A stretch of DNA of 64,000 nucleotides, from the NCBI RefSeq assembly GCF_006345805.1, contig NC_043008.1, positions 31,682,001 through 31,746,000 on the forward strand, given 5' to 3'. Below the pieces are notes generated by a model that made no database searches, was not told where the DNA came from, and worked only from the letters and a program-made list of their open reading frames with translations. Positions 26,922 to 38,370 of the stretch are shown here, piece by piece (position 1 is the first letter of the stretch; each line of letters begins with the position of its first letter). The position numbers and the translations under genes are program-made. This DNA is from Octopus sinensis. Lineage: Eukaryota.

Positions 26922-27145
26922 GTGTGTATGTGTTTGTGAGTTTGTGTTTGTCCCCCCAACATCACTTGACAACAATGGTGGTGTGTTTACGTCCCCGTAA
27001 CTTAGCAGTTTGGCAAAAGAGACCAATAGAATAAGTACTAGGCTTACAAAGAATAAGTCCTGGGGTCGATTTGCTCGTCTAAAAGGTGGTGCTCCAGTAT
27101 GGCCATAGTCACATGACTGAAACGAGTAAAAGAGTAGAAGAGTAA
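26682..27145 (+). mobile_element. SINE family 1, full length
   Basis: Same head, core, (TA)n and tail as 1311-1722. Confidence 0.85.
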
Positions 27146-27390
27146 CTCTTATTCAGGGACCTTTTGAGCAGGATAGGGTACTCAACTTGAAGAAAATTCA
27201 AACTGGGCCCTACCTGAAAAGTTCAAGTGTTGTTTAACTTGAAATGAGATCACCATGTTGCATACATATGATTGTGATGCACGTGCCTGGTGGACTCTTA
27301 TCAGATGGGTAGTCATGATGGGTACATGGGGCTTCGTATACTTTTACCACAGCATCACTTTGATGGCTTGCGCTGGTCTATCATTCAATA

Positions 27391-27422
<32 letters not shown>

Positions 27423-27792
27423 AATGATGCTGATGATAATGATGCTGATGATAATCCCCTTATGTTTTGGACTAAATCAGGAATTTGTGTCTATGCAGCC
27501 AAATACCTGAGACAATGGACAATTTACACTAAGTATGTCAGTGGACTTCATGAAAACATTAAATGCAATCTGAATTACCTGCTGCAGTTTGTCTACATCA
27601 ACACAGGCACTTTAGAGAAATCCAGGTGATTGATGTCAGACATTTTGACATGCCTAAGCAGGTTTGCCAGTCTCTGACACCTCATTCTCCAACTGACTAC
27701 TGCCACACAGTACCTGGATGTGAGTAAGATGTCATTCCAATAAGTAATTATCACTAATGAGCGAGATGTTCCTCAGAATATCCTTAGATGTG

Positions 27793-27807
27793 GAAAGAAA
27801 GAAAGAA

Positions 27808-27847
<40 letters not shown>

Positions 27848-27930
27848 AAAAAGAAAGAAAGAAAGAAAGAAAGAAAGAAAAGGGGAAAGAAAGAAAGAAA
27901 AGGGGAAAGAAAGGAAGAAAGAAAGAAAGC
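27793..27930. repeat. (GAAA)n microsatellite
   Basis: Direct inspection. Confidence 0.95.
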
Positions 27931-28103
27931 CAACCAGCTCTTATTGGAGTGTACATGGCCACAAGTTAGAAGATCCACCTCACTGTTATCCATGTCCAGA
28001 ACTACTGACTTATCATCCTATGAAGGTCATGTTTACCTCTAAATTGCAGCTGTTTTGAAACAGTATTTGATATGGACTGACTGAAAGAGGTATAAACTTC
28101 ATA

Positions 28104-28437
28104 GTTGGCCAGAAGAACCACTATTAACCATCTTACTAACAATAACTCTGAGCACCTTTTCAAACTCCACCTGTCTAACACCTGTGGACATGTTTACAAA
28201 GTCAGAAAACAGCACAGCTCCCATGATTTTCAGAAACATTTTTTCACGCTAAGAGTTGCTGAAGCATGGAACAAACTGCCGGCATCAGTTGTTAGTTGTC
28301 GGAGCACTGCATCCTTCAAAACTTCCATGCTTCTTGAGATTCGCCAACATTACACCTGATTTTCTCCCCTCCATACACACACAAGCAAGTTATGGTGCAC
28401 CTGAGCACTGTATACAATAATTTCATTATTATTATTT
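28104..28437 (+). mobile_element. 3' fragment of the same CR1 family
   Basis: INHLTNNNSEHLF...FFTLRVAEAWNKLPASVV closely matches 37.76-38.06 kb, including the 3'UTR gcacctgagcactgta and TTA tail. Confidence 0.9.
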
Positions 28438-28649
28438 TAAGTGAATATATGTTGGAAATTATGGTGGCACTGTCAGTTACCAAATCTAGATGTAATGACC
28501 TGAAAGTATTGAGAAAGTGTTCCTGCTTCTACAACTTCATAGCACATGTATTTATACCATATTCTTACTATGGCCATGGAGAAGAAACATTCACCCCTGT
28601 CTCTGGCTGCCCAGTCTTAGCCAAAAAAGAATAAATTCATAGACATAAA

Positions 28650-28990
28650 TGAGCTGGGACTTATATACACTGGACATTATTGCCAGCACTAGGAAATAAC
28701 AACAGAAAGAAGATAGCATAAAACATACAAGCAGTTTTAGAGAATGGCAAAGCAAACATACTATGGAATATGCCATTTTATACAGACAGAAGGATCAAGA
28801 TTAATCAGCCAGATACTGTTGGCAAAGACCACCTAGACAGGAACACCATCTTAATTTAAATCTCAATTCCAACTAACTATATCATATCTCTCAAATAAAT
28901 GGGGAAATGCAAATATAAGGATCTGAAATTAGAGATAAGCAAAAAGTTGGGAATGAAAACAGAAGTACACAGTGTCATAGCTAGAGTGCA
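28650..28990 (+). mobile_element. Fossil restriction-like endonuclease (RLE) domain of an R4/Dong/NeSL-type LINE
   Basis: Translation ENGKANILWNMPFYTDRRIKINQPDTVGKD...ILI*ISIP...KCKYKDLKLEISKKLGMKTEV fits the PD-(D/E)xK RLE C-terminus; two in-frame stops. Confidence 0.75.
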
Positions 28991-29984
28991 TGTTATTTGA
29001 GGCAGCTTTTGGGTTTTTGACATCTCCCCCTGCCCCCACCACCTATACAGGATTGTACAGTAGGCTTAAGTATAGGAGCACTCTGTCGGTTACAACAAGG
29101 CTCCCAGCTGATACGATCAACAGAACAGCTTGCTCGAGAAATTAATGTGCAAGTGGCTGAGCATTCCACAGACACGTGTACCCTTAATGTAGTTCGCAAG
29201 GAGATTCAGTGTGACAAGGCTGGCCCTTTTGAAATACAGGTATTACTCATTTTTGCCAGCTGAGAGGACTAGAGAAACGTGAAATAAAGTGTCTTGCTCA
29301 AGGACATGATGCGTCACCAGGAATTGAACTCACAACCTTATGATCATGAGCCGAATGCCCTAACCACTAAGCTACATGCAGGCTTAAGTATCGACCCCAT
29401 AAAAGCATCACTCATGGCTGACTGCCCACTTCAGCCTCTTAAACCAAGCTATGTTACTGGAAATACAGAACATTGTAACCAGTGCCTAGGAAATGATTAA
29501 AAATGATACAGACAAACACAAAACTGTACTACTAGGTACAGCACATGTACAGAGCTGAATTAATGTAAAGGCCAATATGTACCATGGCCTAGGATCCCTA
29601 AGCGTGGGTGACTCCAAGCACTGGGGGATCTCCTTTATCTCAGAGCAGTGTAAAGCTTGAAGTTACAGTTAAAATTTTTAAAAATACATTTATAACAATC
29701 AAAAAAATAATTTGTAATTTTTTACTAGTTTAATTTTTTTAGTTTAATTCTTTTAAAATTATTGAACCCTCTTTTGATTCATTGAGTCCTTTTAGATTTA
29801 ACCCCCCCCCCCAAAAAGCATTAAATTTAACTGAGTCCTTCTGAATCTACAAAAGCTACTCAAAGTTTTGGAGCCTCCACAAAGGGTTCGGGGCTCTCTT
29901 ACCTCACAATATAATGAATTAGCAAAATTGTAGGGGACCCCCACAACCTATTAGACCAAGAACTTCATTAGGTCTAAATCTACC

Positions 29985-30027
<43 letters not shown>

Positions 30028-30085
30028 CATAGAGTGTAATATAACAGAATATACAATGTTTTGTTTTCTAGATTTACAAACTTAC

Positions 30086-30160
30086 AGTATTTCCTAATGC
30101 AGTTTCTTCTAGAGCATCAACCAAATCAGCTGAAATTCCAATGAGGTCATGGTAGTCTCC
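30086..30160 (-). CDS. ARMC9: ARMC9 coding exon 8: GDYHDLIGISADLVDALEETALGNT
   Basis: tttcag acceptor, gtaagt donor, 75 nt; matches the DYHNLIG..ELVD.LE motif. Confidence 0.95.
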
Positions 30161-31807
30161 CTGAAATTATAAAATATTTATTTAATGAAGTCTCAGTTAT
30201 GTAATAGGACTGGTATAACCTACTATAATTTCCAACCCCCTTATGGACAAGTATTTGGGAATTATTAATTGGCAGATTGGTTAATTTGCTGATATATAGA
30301 CAGACAGATAGACAAACAGAAAAATAGACAGACAGGCAGATAAAAGGAAAAACAGGCAAACTGAAAGATAAAATGATTGACTGATATGTGACTGATGGAG
30401 TGACTGATCATTAAATAAGTTGACTGAACAATGTATCATTGATTGACCATTAGTTAAATAGATTGATTGCTGTATAGCTAAATTGATTGAGTAATCATTT
30501 TTGGTTAATTGATGGATATATTGATTGATTCATTCATCAATTTATATATTTTATTGAATGACATCACATGATAGTTGTAAATGAAACTCACTTTCATACA
30601 AGCAGTGTTGTTCATTTCCAATATTCTATGAAAACATGTATTACTATGGGGAAATATATCCTTGCTTGGAAAAAGGAAGGGCATTCAGCTGTAGAAAACC
30701 TGTTTTATAATAAATTCCATTAACCCATGCAAGTATGGAAAAGTGGACATTAAAATGATGAAGTTGATAAATAGCTAAATTAATTAATTAACAAACTGAG
30801 TCAAACATTGGTTGATTAATTTTTAGAAGGATTGCTTGATTGATTACCTGATTGCTTATTCACTAATTAATTTTAGGACACCTCTGATGAAATATTTCTT
30901 ACTCTTTCAGAAAATAGTGTGGCATTTTGTATTCCTAGGTCAAACAGGGTGCAGCAGTACCTGTGACTTTTGCAGCATCTGAAATTGGTTTTAAATCAAT
31001 ACATTTGCTGTTCAGAATCAATATCCATAAAGTTGACATCTGTATGAGACATGAGGGTGGTGAGGGGATACTGGAGAGTTGATGATCTAAGTAGGGAGGA
31101 AGAATTAAGGCTTTCCTTAACAGATAACCATCTTGCTAGCGTTCAGTCTGAATATTAGTTAGCTCTGTAAATATTGATGTCATATTGGAATAGTTGTATG
31201 ATTAAGAAGTTCAGGTTCAGTCCCTTAACACCTTATGCAAGTGTCTTCTACTATAGCCTTGAGCTGACCAAAGCCTTATGAAAGGATTTAGGAGATGGAA
31301 GCTAAAAGAAGCCCATCATGTGTGTGTGTTTGTGTGTGTGTGTGTGTGCATGCGCACAACACTTATCTTGACATCATGTGATGGTTGTAAATGAGCATGT
31401 TGTTCATCTCCAGTCTTACATGAAATATTACCTTACTTGGAAACAGGTGGGATTTGGTGACAAAAAGGGCATCTGACCATAGAAAATCTGCCTCACCAAG
31501 CATGGAAAAGTGACATTAAATGATGATGATGATGATGATTACGCATGTGCGTGTGTGTTGTCTGGAGTAGAATTAATGAGAGTATCAAATAAAAAATGCC
31601 ATCAACCTTTTACAGCCATTTCAGTTTTGTCTTTCACCCAACCTAGGTTGCTGAGGTAAGTACCTGACAAAGTTCTGTAGCCAATATAATTGACATAAAT
31701 CTCTTGGAGTCAGTGCCAAGGTATGGCCACAGTTCAATCAAAGACCAAAACCAATAAAAGAATAAAATGCTGAAAGAGTAGAAGAATGAATGAATAAAAG
31801 AATGTAC

Positions 31808-31899
31808 CTGAAGTTTGGCATTGTTCTTCATATATCTATGCAATTCTGTGTTACTGAGATTTAACTTTTCCCTAGCTTCATGTAATTGGTCACGAAGTT
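31808..31899 (-). CDS. ARMC9: ARMC9 coding exon 7 (coiled coil): LRDQLHEAREKLNLSNTELHRYMKNNAKLQ
   Basis: tttcag acceptor, CAG|gtacat donor, 92 nt, phase 1-0. Confidence 0.88.
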
Positions 31900-32481
31900 C
31901 TGAAAAATGGACATGAGTTTATCTAAGGTTATTAATAACTCTTACCTGGTTTATTTATCAATCTCAACTTCCAATCTTTCAAACATAATTTACATTAGAT
32001 TTATCAATAAATATTTTTGTGTGTAGTACTTGTTTATTTCCTGCAATTTATACTTTCCTTACCACAGCACAGGGAACTTTACCTGCTTCACAAAATACAA
32101 GGTATTTTTCTTACTACACACAATATAGGGTACTTCTATGCTATACATTACAGGGCATTTCTGTACAGAATATTGGGTACTTTCCTTCCATACACAACAA
32201 AAGTAACTCTGCAATTCTCAAGACAAGGCACCACACACACATAGACTAGAAAGCATTTCCCTGCCACTCAAAGTTGATACATCATACTTCAAATATAGAT
32301 TTGTGAGAGATGAAATTATTTACTGAAGGACATTCACCTTTGCTCACTGTTGTAGTCCTACATAGACAGAATGATGGTCATGGCTTGTACATCTTCAATC
32401 ATAAGTCTTCTTCAACAGATTTGACTCAAGTAAATATTAGCAACGTAATCATAGGTCTGCTCAGACAGGGCTGATCTAGAG

Positions 32482-32654
32482 CAGTGCTCTGCAACCAGTA
32501 TATTGTAGCACACTGGTGTGCCATGAAACAATGCTAGGTATTCCACAGTGTAACCTGAATATAAATTTTTTTCCCTATACTTTTAGTTCAGGTGTGCCAC
32601 CGAATTTTGAAAAAAATAAGTGTACTGCAAGTGAAAAAAAGTTGTGGAGCACTG
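32482..32654. mobile_element. hAT-type MITE
   Basis: TIRs cagtgctctgcaac / gttgtggagcactg with a perfect 8-bp TSD ATCTAGAG (32474-32481, 32655-32662). Confidence 0.9.
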
Positions 32655-33108
32655 ATCTAGAGGACTAAACATCATCAGCATGGCTGGAATGGTTTTCCAG
32701 TGGCCTGAGAGGAAATATCAGCAACATAGTCACAGCTTAAACATCTATGATCATAGGTCTGCATAAACAGAGTTGATCTTGGTTCAAGTATCATTGAGCA
32801 TAAAACTGTTTGAATATGGTTGATTTGGGAATAAACACCTATAATACAACCATAACTCAGATACTTTTGATCATAAGCTTGAACTGGGATGACTTAGAAA
32901 TGAACAACAACAACAATAATAAATAAACAGGTACTTGATAAAATAAAATAATTGTCATATACTGAGATTTATTTTGTCATATACAGGTATGTATTTTAGC
33001 AGCCCTTGAAGAAGTGAATAAAATTGATAGCTATAATATACAGTCAATTCAGTCAATAATAAACATGTATCATTTTGGCCAATGTGAGAAATAGTTATTA
33101 CTACATAC

Positions 33109-33133
33109 CTTCAGTTTGAGCAGGTGATCCTCT
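33109..33133 (-). CDS. ARMC9: ARMC9 coding exon 6 (25-nt microexon): RGSPAQTE(E)
   Basis: tttag acceptor, AAG|gtatgt donor; supplies the phase 0-to-1 change needed between the flanking exons. Confidence 0.75.
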
Positions 33134-34146
33134 CTAAACATAGTTAAGGTGTGAATAAGGAAACTAAATAATAGAAGTCAGATATACACAACAGTATTTT
33201 ATGGAGCAGATACTTTCCTTTACTGAGGGAAATGATCTTGCATGGATCTGGCTGTGGTCACCAAACAAATAAAAGAACTAAAAAAAACTTTTAGTCATTT
33301 GAATGTAGCCATACTAAGGTACCACCTTCACAGTTTTAGTTAATTATATATCCACCTAGATATTTCATCTAGTACTCATTTTATCACTTTCAGTTTATTG
33401 ATTGGATAAGTACTCATTGGTATAAAGAGATGTAATCATCTGCCTGTATGTACACACTAGCATGCATATATCATGTGATCACGTGACCGACCAGGCTAAC
33501 ACACACATATATATATATATATGAGATGAGATTCAGGACAGCTTCTGTCCAGTCAAATCAAGGTTAAGGTAGAAGACATTAACACAAAGTGCTATACAGT
33601 GTGACTGAACAAGAAATGGAGTATCCACAATTAAGTAGATGTTCTCAACTAAATTTTATAAAGAAGATTACAAGTAAATTTTGTAAAGTAGAAGATTATA
33701 AGTAAATCTATATTGCCTAATAAATCTTATAAACATGATGGCCTCATGTAAATTTCATGTAAGAAATACTCAAGAGACACCAAACCTATCGAAAAGAAAT
33801 CAAAGTTCTTTTATTATTGAAGTAGAGACAAAGGTGGAAAGCTGGCAGAATTGTTAACTCACGGGGCAAAATGGTTAGTAACATTTTGTCAAGCTTTACA
33901 TTCTGAGTTCAAATTCTGCTGAGGGTGACTTTGCCTTTCATCCTTTCAGGGTCAATAAAATTAGTACCAGTTAAGCATTGGTGTTGATATAATTGACTTA
34001 TCCCCTCCCACCAAAACTGCTGGTCTTATGCCAAAATTTGAAGCTATTATTAAAATAGAGACATCGAGATGTACACAAGTAAAATTTTTAATGACCTCAA
34101 CAAATGAAAGTAGAAAAGAAAATATTTGACATCAAGAAAAAGATAC

Positions 34147-34236
34147 ATAAAGTTGAAACAACTGGGGTTGATCAGCTTTTGTAGAGAGCAGCCAAAATTG
34201 TTGGAAACGATTACGCAGATCCTCTACCCAGGATGG
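34147..34236 (-). CDS. ARMC9: ARMC9 coding exon 5: PSWVEDLRNRFQQFWLLSTKADQPQLFQLY
   Basis: ccacag acceptor, gtatct donor, 90 nt, phase 0-0. Confidence 0.88.
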
Positions 34237-34864
34237 CTGTGGAAGAAGAGAAAAACATTTTTTGAATACAAGAATACTAAGAAAGAAATCATTTGAATAG
34301 GGTACATGCCCGTCACTTAGGGGTTGCACTGGACAGCACTTCCCCTTCACTGTTCAATGGTGCACCCTCAGATTTACAATGATACACTTATTTCGAAACT
34401 CCACTTTAACACTATTACAAATTTGTGTCCAACCAGAATATTCTGAGGCATCCCCAGAGACCAAAGTCTGGCACCAGGCCTGCAGTGGTGGTTGTTATTC
34501 AGCTGAACAATCAACTATGATCCGGTTGAGTTATGACCAAAGGCATTCCATTCAGAACCTTTCTAACAGTCTGCTTTAGCCAATGTGTCTTTTGTTCAGA
34601 TGGTAAGGTAATGATCTGAGGGAGATTTGGTTGGTATTTTTAGCAGGTTGAATGGCCAAATCAAGGCTCATCATCACTTGTTGGGTAACAGGGACATCAC
34701 TGAAGACTTTATTCTGAGATAATCTACTATAATAATACTTGTGTTTATGAATGAGAAAGGAAGGGGTGATAGATGAACAAGGAAGGCAGGGATAATGTTA
34801 TACCTGGTAGTGGGATGATGAAAATTGCATGCTGAAAAATAAATCAAACAGCATTTCAACTCCA

Positions 34865-35155
34865 TGTGAATATATGTGTGTATGTAAAAGTGGGGTATGT
34901 GAATGTGTGCGTTTGTGTGTGTGTGCACGCGTTTGTGTGTGTGCGTGCATGTGCTTGTGTATGTGTGCACATGTGCCTGTGCAAGCACATGCTTGTGTGT
35001 GTGTATGTGCGCATGCATGTTTGAGTGTCCACGTGCATTTATGTGTGCATGTGCATTTGTGTGTGCATGCACGTTTGTGTGTGCACATGTTTGTGTGCAC
35101 GTGTGTTTGTGTGCATACAAGTGTGTGTGCGTGCACATTTGTGTGTGTGTGCACA
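34865..35155. repeat. Cryptic (TG)n/(TGCA)n microsatellite
   Basis: Direct inspection; source of the Cys/Val and His/Thr ORFs. Confidence 0.9.
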
Positions 35156-35384
35156 ATGGAAGTGAGATGGTTCGAGTTTGTTCGCTTAGTATTTGGGTTT
35201 ATTTTTTGATTTGGTTGAATCTTGGTTGGATTTTTTTTTGTTGTTGTTCAGTTATTTTTAGCATTTTTACTGTTTTTTTAACAGAAGTGTGCCCAAACAA
35301 GTTGGATGCTTACACAGAGCAGGTTTTACAGTCACATCATCCAAACCAACCGGGTGAAACCGGGCTTAGCTTCTAGTATATATA

Positions 35385-35607
35385 TCTTTTATTTGTTTCA
35401 TTCATTAGACTGCAGCCATGCTGGAGCAGCACCTTCAAGAATTTTTTAGTTGAATGAATCAACCCCAGCATTTTTTATAGCCTGGTACTAATTCGATTGG
35501 TCTCTTTTGCTGAACTGGTGAGTAATGGGGATGTAAACACACCAACACTGGTTGTCAAGCAGTGGGGATGGGGACAAACACACACACACATGTGTGTGTG
35601 TGTTTAC

Positions 35608-35668
<61 letters not shown>

Positions 35669-35682
35669 ATATGTGTGTGTGC

Positions 35683-35721
<39 letters not shown>

Positions 35722-38065
35722 CAAGTAGTCACCTCTCCAACAAGAGGCGACAACACCTTGGACCTGCTCTTCACCACAACTCCTGAAGCGGTTATCAATT
35801 GCACTACGGAGGAACCTCTAGGTGACTCTGATCATGCTATGATCATCGCCAATCTGGCTCTTGCGGGCAACAAACACCTGAACCATCTCCAATCTGCTTC
35901 CTTCGATTGGAAGAGAGCAGATTGGAACCTGTACCACACTGAACTACAGCACCCAAACTGGCGTGAATTCTACAACTCTGGAGATGTGAATACTATACTC
36001 CAGAGTATCCTGGACTCAATATGGGCAGCATGTGCAGCATCAGTGCCACGTAAACAAAAAAAGAAGAACCGCCCCAAAAGGGCAATTTGGGAAACTTCAG
36101 CGGTCCGACTTGCCAGGAAGGAACGTCGGACTGCTGAACAGGAATACAAGTTGCATAAATCAGACACCAACAGGAAGAAGCGGAATAAATCCTCCAACCA
36201 TCTCAAGCAAGTGACAAAAAATGCAGTGCTTGAACTGTTCAATGCTTTGAACAGTGCATAGCAGCCAATCCTGACAGCAAGGTTTTCTGGAAATATGTGC
36301 ATTCAAAGCAGAGACCTCACTCTCCAGTGGGCCCTCTTCGCAACCCTCACACGAACCAGATCACTGACGACCCCAAGGAATGCGCAGAACTCATTGCCGA
36401 GTGCTATGCAAACATATTCACTGTCGAAAGTCAAAATGTACCATCTTCACCATCACTAACAGCAAACTCCATAACAACTATGGAATTTACACCTGCAATG
36501 CTGCGATGTCACCTTCAAAATAAGCACAACTATGCCTCCCCTGGTCTTGATGGCATTACGTACATGCTTCTCAAACGTGGCAGGCACTTCCTTTTACACC
36601 AGCTTTCTATTTTTTTCCAGTACTGTCTCAACAATGGTGCTACTCCGGAGCAGTGGAAAACTGCCAGTGTCATTCCTCTGTTCAAAAAGGGTGACCGCAC
36701 ATCACCTGTCAACTATTGCCCAGTCAGTCTCACTAGCTGTATTGCAAAACTGATGGAATCGTGTGTCAGAGAAACACTCTGGAACTTCTGGAGCTCTCAC
36801 AGTCTCATCCGACCCTCACAATATGGATTTGTCCCTAACTCCAGCTGCAGTGACCAGCTTGTCGAGTTTCTTGAGGACATTACTCAGATCACTGACAGTG
36901 GCTCATGGGTGGATGTTGTCTACCTTGACTTTGCTAAGGCTTTCAACTCTGTGCCACACAAAAGGCTTATGGTGAAACTCTCTGCAATGGGTGTGGGGGA
37001 TGACCTTTTTAACTGGTTGAAATCCTTCATCCTCAGCCGAAAGGAGGTAGTCACAGTTCTAGGACAGCACTCTACACCATATGAGATGTCATCGGGTGTA
37101 CCACAGGGATCTGTCCTTGGTCCCCTCCTGTTTGTGGCATACATTAATGACATAGATGCCAATTTAAAGAATGCCACAGTATTGAAATATGCAGACGACA
37201 TCAAGCTGTACCTTGAAATCAAGAGGACTGATCCTGATGTCTACAACTCTTTCCTGCAATCAGACCTAGACACAATGCAGCAATGGATCACAGACTGTCA
37301 ACTGAAACTGGCTGTGGACAAGTGTACCACCATGCATTTTGGGAGAAAAAACCCTGCGTCCACATACTCCCTTCACAACACTGATATCAAGAAATCCTCT
37401 TGCGAGCGTGACCTAGGCATCACTGTCAGCAGTGATTTGCGTTGGACAAAGCATATCTCTAAAATTGTCAAGAAGGCCGAGGGTGTCTTGGCATCACTCA
37501 GCAAGACTTTTGTTAGCCGCTCTCCAGCCATCTATTTAAAACTGTATACAGCTATGGTACGACCACACTTGGAATTCGCATCATCAGTTTGGAATCCCTA
37601 TCTTGCTCAGAACATTGACCTCCTGGAATCTGTCCAGAGACGTGCAACCAAACGCATACCCTCCATCAGACACCTACCATATTCTGAGCGCCTTGTTTCC
37701 CTGGGCATGGATTCACTGAAGCTCCGGCGTCTGGCGACGGACTTGGTAAACACCCACAAGGTTATCAACCACCTCACTAACAACAACACTGAACACCTTT
37801 TTGATCTCCATGTGTCTAACACACGTGGACATGCCTACAAAGTCAGAAAACAGCACAGCTCCCATGACTTTCGGAAACATTTTTTCACGCTCAGGGTTGC
37901 TGAAGCGTGGAATAAACTGCCTGCATCAGTTGTTGACTGCCATGACACTGCATCCTTTAAGGCCCTCATGCTTCCCGAAATCCGTCGAAACTACACCTGA
38001 TTATATATACACTTTAGATGAGTTGTAGTGCACCTGAGCACTGTACACAATTATTATTATTATAT

Positions 38066-38099
<34 letters not shown>

Positions 38100-38106
38100 A
38101 TATATA

Positions 38107-38178
<72 letters not shown>

Positions 38179-38370
38179 TATATATATTATATATATATAA
38201 AATATATACACTCACACACACACACAACAGGCTCCTTTGAGTTTCTGTCTACCAAATCCACTCATAAAATTTTGATCACCCGAGAACTATAGAAGACACT
38301 TGCTCAAGGTGCCACACAGTAGGACTGAACCTGAAACCATGTGGTTGGGAAGCAAACTTCTTGCTACACA
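35385..38370 (-). mobile_element. SINE family 1 split by the CR1 insertion (3' half 35385-35720, 5' half 38215-38370)
   Basis: The two halves are colinear with the family consensus on either side of the LINE and its (TA)n flanks. Confidence 0.8.
35722..38063 (+). mobile_element. 5'-truncated CR1-clade LINE (end of APE endonuclease + complete RT), antisense in an ARMC9 intron
   Basis: PTRGDNTLDLLF/LGDSDH (APE end); 567-aa ORF with YLDFAKAF, SGVPQGSVLGPLLF, YADD and CR1-type FFTLRVAEAWNKLP; one frameshift at ~36234-36258; (TTA)n tail. Confidence 0.93.

Noticed and set aside
27732-28042. Lys/Glu/Arg-rich and Phe/Leu/Ser-rich ORFs
   Set aside because: Translation of a (GAAA)n microsatellite.
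31946-31975. Alternative 30-nt exon with a strong gtaaga donor just upstream of exon 7
   Set aside because: It would leave a 46-nt intron and starts in phase 1, which is incompatible with exon 5; the 25-nt exon at 33109-33133 fits better.
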